Origin: Octopus sinensis | Taxonomy: Eukaryota | Reading direction: 5' to 3' | Assembly (NCBI RefSeq): GCF_006345805.1 | Contig: NW_021823572.1 | Coordinates: 1-22,070, forward strand | Length of the DNA stretch: 22,070 nucleotides | Part shown: positions 11,518 to 20,602 of the stretch, in pieces | Position numbering within the stretch: the first letter of the stretch is position 1 | How the letters are laid out: each line of letters opens with the position of its first letter | Notes under the pieces: generated by a model | The model's input: only the letters and a program-made list of their open reading frames with translations | What the model was told of the DNA's origin: nothing | The model's database searches: none | Position numbers and translations under genes: made by a program

Positions 11518-12587
11518 CGGTTTATTTAATTTATATTAAAATTTTATGTATTGATTAAGTCTTTCCTTGTTTGGTTTTAAAATAGTGGTTTTGTCTCGAA
11601 TTATATTATATATATATATATATATATGTATGCATGTATATGCAAATGTTTGCGGATGCAGTGCATGCGAATGTATATATGTATATGGCTGTGTGCGGGT
11701 GTGTGTGTGTATATGTATGTTGGTGTAGTTTTCCCATGCTTGTTTATTAGTGAAGGTTTGAGTGGGAACACAGTCGAAATTGTGGTTATCTGGAAGGTTT
11801 AATAGCACGATAAATGTTTACGAAATATGCGGTGTAATTTTTAATTATGTATCTTATGCTAATAACGTACTTCGACTGGGTATGGGTGTCTGTTTGCATG
11901 CATGTATATATATTTATGGATATATGTGAGTAGTTATGTATGCAAACATATATGTGTGTATGTAAGCTTGTATTTCCTGTATTGTGATTTATCCATGTAT
12001 ATATGTGTAAGCGCACATATACGTGTGTACATATGTAAGTATTTCTTAACAAACCAACCGTAACGAAGACAATTGAAATTCAAATGTGCCGGCCAATCGT
12101 ATTGGGCATTCGATCTTTAACTATCTCTGAACTTAATACTTTACACATATCACAGCCAAAATGATGGCTGGCACCCGTGTATACGCTTGTGCATCTGTGA
12201 AATTTGCTATGATGTAAATTAATGTTTTTCATTTTTTATTTTATACGTATTTGCCGATCTATAATGCTTTGCATGGTACTGTATTATTGTTGTTGTTATT
12301 TTTACTATTATGTTGCTAACCGCGTGATGCATATATTGTCTTGCTGGTATTAATGTTATTAATAATAATAATAATAATGATATTAGCAGCAATAATGGCA
12401 ATGGTAATAGTAATGATGGTAATATTAATGGCATTTTGTGACTTAATATAATGAACTCTTGACTTTGTAAATCTGCATTTGAATATAGATATATGTATGT
12501 TTGTATATTGTAATATTCTAATATATTGTTTTGACCAACTGTAACCTTGAATATAGAACATATGTATGTATATTGCTGTATATTATT

Positions 12588-13350
12588 ATAATAATGAAAT
12601 TATTGTATACAGTGCTCAGGTGCACCACAACTTGTCAGACAGTGCATATAAAGCACATGCAGTAATGTACAAATGTCTGGAAAGCGAACAATGCATGAGT
12701 CAGATACATGCTTGTGCGTGTATGGAGGGGAGAAAATCAGGTGTAGTGTTGGTGAATCTCAGAAAGTATGGAAGTTTTGAAGGATGCAGTGCTCCAACAA
12801 CTAACAACTGATGCCGGCAGTTTGTTCCATGCTTCAGCAACTCTCAGCGTGAAAAAATGTTTCCTAAAGTCATGGGAGCTGTGCTGTTTTCTGACTTTGT
12901 AAATATGTCCACGGGTGTTAGATGGGTGGAGTTTGAAAAGGTGCTCATGGGTTATTGTTTGTATGATGGTTGATAATTTTATGGGTGTCTGCCAAGTCAG
13001 CTGCCAGACGTCGGAGTTTCAATGTGTCCACGCCCAGGGAAGTAAGGCGTTCAGAATATGGCAAATGCCTGATGGAGGGTATTCTTTTGGTTGAACGTCG
13101 CTGAACGGCTTCCAGACGATTGATATCCTGGGCAAGATAGGGGTTCCAGACCGGTGATGCAAATTCCAGGTGAGGTCTTACCATAGCTATGTAAAGCCGC
13201 AGATAGATAGTCGGAGAGCGGCCCACAAAGGATTTAGTGAGTGATGCCAAGACACCCTCAGCCTTCTTGACAATTTTAGCGATGTGTTTTGTCCAACGCA
13301 AATCACTATCGACAATAACACCCAGGTCACGTTCACATTAATACTTTTTG
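12588..13350 (-). mobile_element. 5'-truncated CR1-clade LINE (C-terminal ORF2 remnant and 3' UTR)
   Basis: ERDLGVIVDSDLRW..H, LYIAMVRPHLEFASPVWNP, LEAVQRRSTK, YSERL..L...L..RR; after a frameshift, TRGHIYK...FFTLRVAEAWNKLP. Stop at 12737-12739. Confidence 0.9.
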
Positions 13351-13400
13351 AAACTAGTGTTGTGGAGGGAATAGTATGTATATATATATATATATATATA

Positions 13401-13840
13401 GGAGTATGGGCATATGCACTCATATGTATGTGTATATTATATATTATGTACCCACCTTGTATGGGTGTACCTCCTCTGATATTCATATTTAATTTAGTTT
13501 GTACTTCATAATTTCTGAAGAGGCCTTGGGATATTTTTGTAAGTGTCTCATTTATAACCACATATTAACTTATCACACATGGCTAATATGAGCATAATGA
13601 GATACCCATATCCGCATGGCTGAAACAGCTGTAAGATGTAGTTTATATTTGTATTTATTTATATTCACTTATACATACTGTACTTATTGTATCATATTAC
13701 TCATTGATGTACATTGTTTTGTTCTATATTATTATGTTTGACCTTAATGTTCATATGTAGTGGTTTAATAAATTATTTGATTGGGTATTATCTGGTAGTT
13801 GATTATTGATTAAGGTGTATTTCTCCATTTTCTTATTTTG
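13401..13840 (+). mobile_element. (TA)n-flanked non-coding element carrying a hammerhead
   Basis: TA arrays on both sides; hammerhead at 13511-13637; the terminal 127 bp are repeated at 16857-16983. Confidence 0.7.
13511..13637 (+). ncRNA. Type I hammerhead motif with an extended stem II of about 100 nt
   Basis: attt CTGAAGA ggcc...ggct GAAA CAGCTG TA agat. Nested stem II pairings: ggatat/atatcc, gtgtctcatt/aatgagatac, catatta/taatatg. Stem III is the palindrome ACAGCTGT. Confidence 0.8.
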
Positions 13841-13875
13841 TATATATATATATATATATATATGTATAGCATATG

Positions 13876-13928
<53 letters not shown>

Positions 13929-14506
13929 TGTGTGTGTATGTGTGGTGTGTGTGTGTGTGTTGTATGTGTGTATGTGTGTATGTGTGTATAATTTACTATG
14001 TGGTATAAGGCATGGCATACTTTATCTGACGAGATGGTTTTGCAAAAGAATTTAGGAAGATCATAGAAATGATGGTAATGAGGTCGTCAAAAGATCGCTA
14101 ATTTGTTTACTGCCATTACTTCAACAATTCATAGAAGAGCAGATAATTCCAAATGAATGCGGCATCTTCATAATTACTGCTCTCGTGCTACTTGTGGCGC
14201 CGGAGCAATCCAAGTTTGAAGGAAGAGAGTATAGGGCTTACACTGCGAAGCACGCTCTCTTTAATTATTTTCACTATGAAGCTGGTTTAGCAGAGCTAGA
14301 CACTAGCATCAAAGCATCAAACACCATTCAGGCCTTCTTCATAACTCCAGTGGCTTTAGGGAAAGCGGGCGACAGGTAGAGGATGTTACTGGAAGTTTTC
14401 AGATGTGACCCAGCACACGGGACGACGTCAGCTGATGGTCGTTTTTCATTGACGTAGCCGACTGTCTGACCCCTCATTTGTGGAAGCGACGAGAGAATCT
14501 ATTACC

Positions 14507-14507
<1 letters not shown>

Positions 14508-14537
<30 letters not shown>

Positions 14538-14543
14538 CATACA

Positions 14544-14572
<29 letters not shown>
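14508..14572. repeat. (CATA)n microsatellite
   Basis: Direct reading. Confidence 0.96.
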
Positions 14573-14575
<3 letters not shown>

Positions 14576-14880
14576 CCTTGAATTATTGGGGGTCTGGGAT
14601 ATGTAACATACTGCCTAAATACCAATCTTGAGAAATTAGGCTTCTCAAAACCAGAAAGGGGAAAGCTGATTCGAAGGTACACATCCAATCTATCACTGGA
14701 ACTGTAAAAATCTGTAGAACTTTCCAGCAGTTTGCCATATAAAGATATATGAGCATGTCTAGATATGCAACTATATGTGTGAGAATACATACATAAAGCA
14801 AAACATATAAATCTGCACGTACATTCCGACATCCATCCATCCATCCATCCATCCATCCATCCATCCATCCATCCATCCAT
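14572..14880 (+). mobile_element. Short 3' fragment of an R4/Dong-like retrotransposon with a (CATC)n tail
   Basis: Highly similar to the reverse complement of 18802-19065; encodes [31 protein letters not shown]; (ATCC)n at 14831-14880. Confidence 0.88.
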
Positions 14881-14899
14881 ACATACATATATACATGCA

Positions 14900-15439
14900 T
14901 TGTGGCTGCCCCCTCGTTATCGAGTATGGCCATTGCATGAAGCTTAATCAATGTTATTATCGTGCAATGCCTGTGCAAGAAGATATTTTTTTAAGTGAGG
15001 AAAGGCTGTGCACTGAGTCAACCCCACTCACTAAGCAACAGCAGCCGTAATCCGAAAAGAAGAACAAGTCAACATCATCGGTAACCAGTGAGCCGCAGGT
15101 TTTATGTCGGAGTTATCCCAGTTACCTGAGTTGCCTTCTCCTAGAAGGATGCCCTGACAAAGGCTCCCAATGGTTTAACTGCGCGATCGGGTATTCAGTC
15201 CGATTATTTCTATGTCCCCGCGCATGTTCCAGCCTTAAGACATTTATTGGATGGCGGTTGACTCTCAAGAGTTCCTCCGCCCTTTGACGGGTTTTGTTTT
15301 TCATCCCGCGGGGTGACCAATAAACACCCTCCTCACCAAGCGAGCTTGGTGGGGTTGCCGGTTTAGTCGCCGACGACCCGACCATGCAACAGGTTGTACT
15401 GGGTTACATGCTACCAGTAGCACTCGAAAGTGACCTGAC
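14900..15439 (-). mobile_element. RTE-related non-autonomous element (5'-UTR-like part joined to a 3'-end-like part, no ORF)
   Basis: Minus-strand ggcatccttctaggagaaggcaactc (15153-15128) resembles the RTE 5' UTR motif, recalled as GGCAACCAGTCTAGGAGAAGGAAAACTC. The end catactcgataacgagggggcagccac resembles RTE 3' termini. No RT coding sequence lies between them. Confidence 0.6.
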
Positions 15440-15716
15440 ATACATACATACATACATACATACATACATACATACATACATACATACAAACAAAAATACC
15501 CTGTTGTTGATGTTGAAATTCCAATGAAGGAACTTTGGATTTGGAGTAGAAACCGGTTCTTTATTCGCAAGAAATCTTGAAATAAACTGAATAATGACAT
15601 ACATACATACCGACAGACTGACAGATAGAAAGATAGATAGACTGACTGATAGACACACAGACAGATAGATACATACATACATACATACAGAAAGACTCAC
15701 ACACACACACACACAC

Positions 15717-15777
<61 letters not shown>

Positions 15778-15787
15778 TAGTTAAATA

Positions 15788-15965
15788 GGACAACAAACGT
15801 TAAGGCAAGACAAACATTTCAAGTCATATTCGTTATTATTATTAGAAAAATTTAAACTCTTACAGCTGTTTCTGGGATATCCCAAAATATGGGATATTCA
15901 GTCATCAGAGACAAGCGTGAAGGGAATAGGTTAAGGAAACGATGAATAAAGGACTGGAGGAAAGG
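15788..15965 (-). mobile_element. Hammerhead-bearing short repeat, same family as 17151-17444
   Basis: gttaaa.aggacaacaaacgt..aggcaag...tcaagtcatat...ttacagctgtttct.ggatatccca is shared with 17155-17290. Confidence 0.8.
15857..15912 (-). ncRNA. Type I hammerhead motif
   Basis: Minus strand: gtct CTGATGA c tgaatatccca tattt tgggatatccc a GAAA CAGCTG TA agag. Confidence 0.78.
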
Positions 15966-15971
15966 AATATG

Positions 15972-16233
15972 TGGAGGCACATAGCTAAATGGTTAGAACA
16001 GCGGACTGCGTGGCACTTTGTATATATTTGTGTATCTGTGATGTGCCCCCACCATTGCTTCACAACCGATTTTGGTATGTTTACGTCCCCGTAACCTGGC
16101 GAATCGGCAAAAGAGAACGATATAATAAGTACTAGGCTTACAAAGAATAAGTTCTGGGGTCGATCCCTTCGACTAAAGGTGGTGCGCCAGCGTGGTTGCA
16201 GTCAACAGTCAGAAGCCAATAAAAAATAAAAGA
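15972..16233 (+). mobile_element. SINE with a partial tRNA-like head and family 3' half
   Basis: ggaggcacatagctaaatggttaga is A-box-like; the body is homologous to 3571-3766. Confidence 0.8.
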
Positions 16234-16576
16234 ATATGTGTGTGTAACGCACACACATATACATACATATATGTACGCACACATTTGCACTATAACAATT
16301 CGTGCTTAAAGTGTAGTTTGTTTCATTAAAATGGAGATTAAAATTAGAGGTGTGTGCGATACAAAGTGTAAAAATTATAACATTAACATAATAAAATTTT
16401 AATTAATTTTTAACATTATTCTTTTAAAAGTAAATATTTATACGTATAATGAAGTGATGATGACTAATTATGTTGTTGGATTACAGGTGATATATTGGGT
16501 ACTAGAGGACTTTTAAAAGGTATTTTGGCCCCAATATGAAGATGCATGTTATACAAGGAATTGTATGGTGGTTGTA

Positions 16577-16652
16577 TGGCGTAGGTGTGGCTGCTGGAAA
16601 AGGAAAATACTTCCCAAACACATGGCTCCGGGTTCAGTTTCACGCAGTGAGA
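16577..16652 (+). mobile_element. Isolated degenerate tRNA-like SINE head
   Basis: ggcgtaggtgtggctg...cttcccaaacacatggctccgggttcagtttcac; B-box-like GGTTCAGT; similar to 21545-21590. Confidence 0.6.
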
Positions 16653-16734
16653 CATACACACACTCAAACACATACACATACACACGCATGTACATACACA
16701 CACACATTTATATATGTGTATGTATAAATATGCA

Positions 16735-16774
<40 letters not shown>

Positions 16775-16856
16775 AATTGAGATAGGGGTTGTGAGTGCAA
16801 CCCACCATGGGATAACATATATCCAATATACTGCCAGTAAAGCACCCAACAAAGCT

Positions 16857-16981
16857 TTGTTTTGTTCTATACTATTATGTTTGACCTTGATGTTCATATG
16901 TACTGGGTTAATAAATTATGTGATTGGGTATTATCTGGTAGTTGATTATTGATTAAGGTGTATTTCTCCATTTTCTTATTT

Positions 16982-16983
<2 letters not shown>
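16857..16983 (+). repeat. 127-bp dispersed direct repeat of 13714-13840
   Basis: Near-identical sequence ending ...tctccattttcttattttg, followed by (TA)n in both copies. Confidence 0.93.
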
Positions 16984-17020
<37 letters not shown>

Positions 17021-17233
17021 GTTTAGCTCACAGGTGATCTAAACGACTAGGTTCGCTAGGTAAGTGCTGTGACGGACTACAAAGGCTCTTAGGTTACAGC
17101 CGAGGTGATAGTTATGAAGCCATTGCAGATTTCCGATACAGCGGATATAGAATTGTTAAAGAGGACAACAAACGTCAAAGCAAGGCGACCATCTCAAGTC
17201 ATATACTTTATTATTATTGGAAAAAAATTCAAA

Positions 17234-17289
17234 GTCTTACAGCTGTTTCTAGGATATCCCAGAGAATGGGATATTCCGTCATCAGAGAC
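17234..17289 (-). ncRNA. Type I hammerhead motif
   Basis: Minus strand: gtct CTGATGA c ggaatatccca ttctc tgggatatcct a GAAA CAGCTG TA agac. Stem I is gtct/agac, the core is canonical, and stem III is palindromic. Confidence 0.83.
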
Positions 17290-17317
17290 CAGAGACAAAT
17301 AGGGAATATGAGAAGGG

Positions 17318-17365
17318 TGACGGAATATCTCATATTCTGGGATATTCCAGAAATATCTGTAAGAC
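17318..17365 (+). ncRNA. 5'-truncated, mutated hammerhead remnant on the right arm of the inverted repeat
   Basis: TGA c ggaatatctca tattc tgggatattcc a GAAA TATCTG TA agac; lacks CTGA and the 5' strand of stem I. Confidence 0.65.
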
Positions 17366-17610
17366 TTTGAATTTTTTCCAATAATAATAATGTATATGAC
17401 TTGAGATGGTCGCCTTGCCTTGACGCTTGTCCTCTTTAACAATTATGTGTGTGTGTATATGTATGTATATATATACAAGTGTAAACAAGAGATACAGAGA
17501 AAGGCAGAAACAAGGAAAATGCCACTTATATTTGAACACTATACAAATATTCTTTTAAAAAAACATTTCTTTTAATTTTTCTAAATTTATATTATTAATT
17601 TAATCGTTTA

Positions 17611-17648
17611 CAGTTGATAAGGTCTCAAAATGACTGAAACCGGTACTG
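17611..17648 (+). ncRNA. Degenerate minimal type I hammerhead motif
   Basis: cag TTGATAA ggtc tcaaaat gact GAAA CCGG TA ctg. All three stems are present, stem III is the palindrome ACCGGT, and the core has C3->U and G8->A. Confidence 0.65.
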
Positions 17649-17704
17649 AAATGTTCTTTATAAAATTATTTAAACATTTCTATCTTGACATTGTTTTTTC
17701 AATG

Positions 17705-17749
<45 letters not shown>

Positions 17750-17750
<1 letters not shown>

Positions 17751-17987
17751 GTTTTCGTAAACATCCGCCTTTCACCATGTGGCAACTCGTAAACACCAGT
17801 CGTCTTTTTTTCTCTTCTTCCCTGTTGCCCGCTCTGGGATCTTTCTTTCCTCTCTCTTCCTTCTTTATGTTTCCGACGAGAGCTCCCTCGAAACGTCATA
17901 CCTCCCTGCTTCCACTTCCTGAGCGCCTATTAATAATAATACTGTAATTGTTCCATTGTTGTTGTTTTTTTGTTTCCCGTTTGGATT

Positions 17988-17993
<6 letters not shown>
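17750..17993 (+). mobile_element. (TA)n-flanked hammerhead element, same family as 10482-10640 (-)
   Basis: ggatctttc...atgtttccgacga...gaaacgtca...ttcctgagcg...ttgttcca...gtttggattaa, then (TA)n. Confidence 0.8.
17869..17901 (+). ncRNA. Minimal type I hammerhead motif (CCGACGA core variant)
   Basis: gttt CCGACGA gag ctcc ctc GAAA CGTC atac. Confidence 0.68.
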
Positions 17994-18021
<28 letters not shown>

Positions 18022-18025
<4 letters not shown>

Positions 18026-18220
18026 TTTTATTCTATTACATGTTTCAGTCATTTGACTGCGACCATGCTGGAGCACTGCCTTTAGTCGAGCAAATCGATC
18101 CCAGGACTTATTTTTTGTAAGCCTAGCACTTATTCTGACAGTCTCTTTTGCCGAACCGCTACGTTACGGTGAGGTAAACACAGTAGCATCGGTTGTCAAG
18201 CAATGTTGGGGGACAAACAC
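18022..18220 (-). mobile_element. SINE 3' half
   Basis: gtttcagtcatttgactgcgaccatgctggagcac...tttagtcg...aagcctag...ttttgccgaaccgct...catcggttgtcaagc is the reverse complement of the family. Confidence 0.88.
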
Positions 18221-18277
18221 GCAAACAAATACACACACACACGCATACATACATACATACATACATACATACATACA

Positions 18278-18313
<36 letters not shown>

Positions 18314-18433
18314 TGTGTGCGTGTGTGTGTGTCTCTCTCTCTCTATATATATATATAATCCCCAAGTGCAACCAATGAGTAATGTCAATAAAAGACAAGA
18401 AGACGAGAGTTACATGCATAACGGACACACAGG

Positions 18434-18801
18434 TATGTATGCATGTATGTATGTATGTTTGTATATATGTATGTATGTATGCATGTATGTTTGTATGTAT
18501 GTATGTATGTATGTTTGTATGTATATAAGTATGTGTGTTTGTATGTATGTGTGTATGTATGTATGTATGTATGTTTGTATGTATGTATGTATGTATGTTT
18601 GTATGTATGTGTGTATGTGTGTATGTATGTATGTTTGTATGTATGTTTGTATATATGTATGTATGTATGTTTGTATGTATGTATGTACGTATGTGTGTAT
18701 GTATGTGTCTATGTATGTATGTATGTCTGTGTTGTATGTATGTATGTATGTATGTATGTATGTATGTATGTATGTATGTATAGATGGATGAATGGATGGA
18801 T
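18434..18801. repeat. (TATG)n array grading into (GATG)n
   Basis: Direct reading; abuts the 3' end of the R4-like element. Confidence 0.95.
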
Positions 18802-20201
18802 GTCGGAATGTATGTGCAGATTTATATGTTTTGCTTTATGTATGTATTCTCAGACATATAGTTGCATATCTAGACATGCTCATATATCTTTATATGGCAA
18901 ACTGCTGGAAAGTTCTACAGATTTTTATAGTTCTATTGATGGATTGGATCTGTATGTAGTCTTCGAATTAGCTTTCTCCTTTCTGGTTTTGAGAAGCCTA
19001 ATTTCTCAAGTTTGGTATTTGGAGAGTGTGTTACATATCCCAGAGCCCCAATAATTGCATGTATAAACCTGAACTTGTAATCTGGATAGAGTAACTGCAG
19101 ATTTCTCAATAGTTCAGCATAGGTGTTCCCTTTTTCACTGATCTTCAGCTTTATGTTAACATGTGCTGGGCAGCTAATTTCCACAACTGTGCACAGTTTC
19201 TCTTCTCTATCCCAAATCATTATATCAGGCATGTTGTGCTTACATTTTATTTTGGTCTTCACTGGGACATTCCACCAGTATTCCTTTTTGTTATGGGTGG
19301 TTATGGCTTTTATCATATTGTGGGTCTTTATTTCTTTGTTCTCGGGTTTATCCTTCCGACGGATTTCATTATAGCATGTCCTAGCTACAACATCATGTTT
19401 CATCGGTAGATAATACCGTGATGACATTTTCGGACAACTGCTTAAGATGTGGGTGATATCTTCAGTGTGAACTCCAGAAAGTTTGCATCAGTTGTCACAT
19501 TTTACTCCTTTTCCTGCATCTCTATCGCTTTTGCGCATCAGGTATTTGTTTGATATTTTCCTGTCCCTGGATTGCAAATATACCCTTCAAAGTTGAGGTA
19601 GTAATCCAGCTATTGGTCGATGATAAACTGCTTTGATGACCAATGTTACTATCATCTCGGAGCTTTCTACTAATATATCCATGCATAGTCTTCTGCTCAT
19701 ACAAGCTCATCCTTTCATCTGATGATACGTTGCGGTAGAGTCGTGCGACTTCTTTGGGCATGTATTCTAGGTTATCAAACGAGGAATGTTGCTCAAGGAG
19801 CTGCCTTCCATGTCTTATGATGTTATCAGCCTCATATATGCAAAGTTGGTTAAGAGATGGACTTCGATACTTAGTGGTTAAAAGACTTTGCCGAAGGGAT
19901 ATGATACGACATTCAGAGGCATTTTGGATCTATGTTAAGTCTCTTCCTCCTTGTTTTCGTTTTAGATAAATGCGGTCTACGTAACTGTTTATGTGGAAAT
20001 TACGTGTGCTTGTTAGTATTTTCCGGGTTTTCACACCAATAGCTTATATCTCATCAAGCGTTCAATCAAGCAGCCCAAATATTGGTATGAGCACTGGCAC
20101 TGCAAGCACATTGTGGGCCACTGTTTTATTGAATGCAGAGAATTCTGATGACCTAATTTTCTTTATTTGGCTTTAATATTCTTTAGTGACGCGTGCTTTG
20201 C
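18802..20201 (-). mobile_element. 5'-truncated, decayed R4/Dong-like RLE non-LTR retrotransposon
   Basis: Post-RT region NKTVAHNVLAVPVL..FGLLD, KTRKILT...FH....VDRIYLKRKQGGR; CCHC remnant C....EDITHILSSCP; KHDVVA; RLE domain PDIMIWD...VVEISCP...EK...Y..L..IIGALG. Multiple stops and frameshifts. Confidence 0.9.
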
Positions 20202-20217
20202 TATGTATGTATGTATG

Positions 20218-20569
20218 TCATCTTTCTCTTTTTAATTTAGAGTAATTTTTTTCTGGCCACCGACTTGGAATCAGACTTGTGAAGGTTAGCATTTCGTTTC
20301 AAATCCTTAGAAGGTTTTGCAGGTTTTTTATAATCCTACATATGATTATTTGTAATGTATGAATTAAAGATTGGCAGTCGCTCTTCTTTGCTCCAGACGG
20401 GCAGGTATGCGCCTTTTGCTCCAATAATGTTAGGTACGAAGCTGAAAGTGTATCTTGGGTGCTGGATTTGCAAAGTTCTTATCAATGGTCCATAGATGTC
20501 CTCTTTCTCTTGTGTTCTTCAACCACATTGTTGTTCATCGAGCAGTTGATTTTCACTACAGAACCTATC

Positions 20570-20570
<1 letters not shown>
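20218..20570 (-). mobile_element. 3' fragment of a second, diverged R4/Dong-like subfamily
   Basis: Minus-strand translation across a frameshift, VVKINCSMNNNV../EKEDIYGPLIRTLQIQHPRYTFSFVPNIIGA and later KTCKTF, parallels VVEISCP..NI..EKGNTYAELLRNLQLLYPDYKFRFIHAIIGA and KICRTF in the neighbour. Confidence 0.75.

Positions 20571-20573
<3 letters not shown>

Positions 20574-20602
<29 letters not shown>

Larger units (their letters stand above)
11284..11612. repeat. Near-perfect loop-less palindrome (about 164-bp arms)
   Basis: Centre tatcaaa|tttgata lies between 11447 and 11448. The arms match except for one extra T near 11536. Confidence 0.97.
17151..17444. repeat. Inverted repeat (about 130-bp arms, 36-nt spacer) of a hammerhead element
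   Basis: 17151-17281 is the diverged reverse complement of 17318-17444. Confidence 0.93.

Noticed and set aside
12140-12194. C2H2 zinc-finger-like HKRIH...CDMCK on the minus strand
   Set aside because: Needs a frameshift, lacks a TGEKP linker and has no following His pair; likely chance.
14165-14500. GC-richer island with a 64-aa ORF
   Set aside because: No recognisable protein motif or splice structure. Probably an unclassified repeat, but this cannot be supported from the window alone.
15320-15380. Twister or HDV-like ribozyme at actaaaccggc...aagctc...ggaggg (minus strand)
   Set aside because: Superficial word matches only; the required P1/P4 (twister) or P1/P3/P1.1 (HDV-like) pairings could not be built.
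15515-15562. Hammerhead-like CCAATGA...GAAACCGGTT
   Set aside because: Palindromic ACCGGT is present, but the core is doubly altered and stems I and II do not pair convincingly. It may be a relic and is not counted.
18315-19054. MYVC-repeat ORFs as Cys-rich proteins
   Set aside because: Translations of (TATG)n running into the antisense of the R4-like 3' end.
19715-20155. CTGATGA words at about 19719 and 20144
   Set aside because: They lie in the antisense of R4-like coding sequence, with no stem II or GAAA partner.
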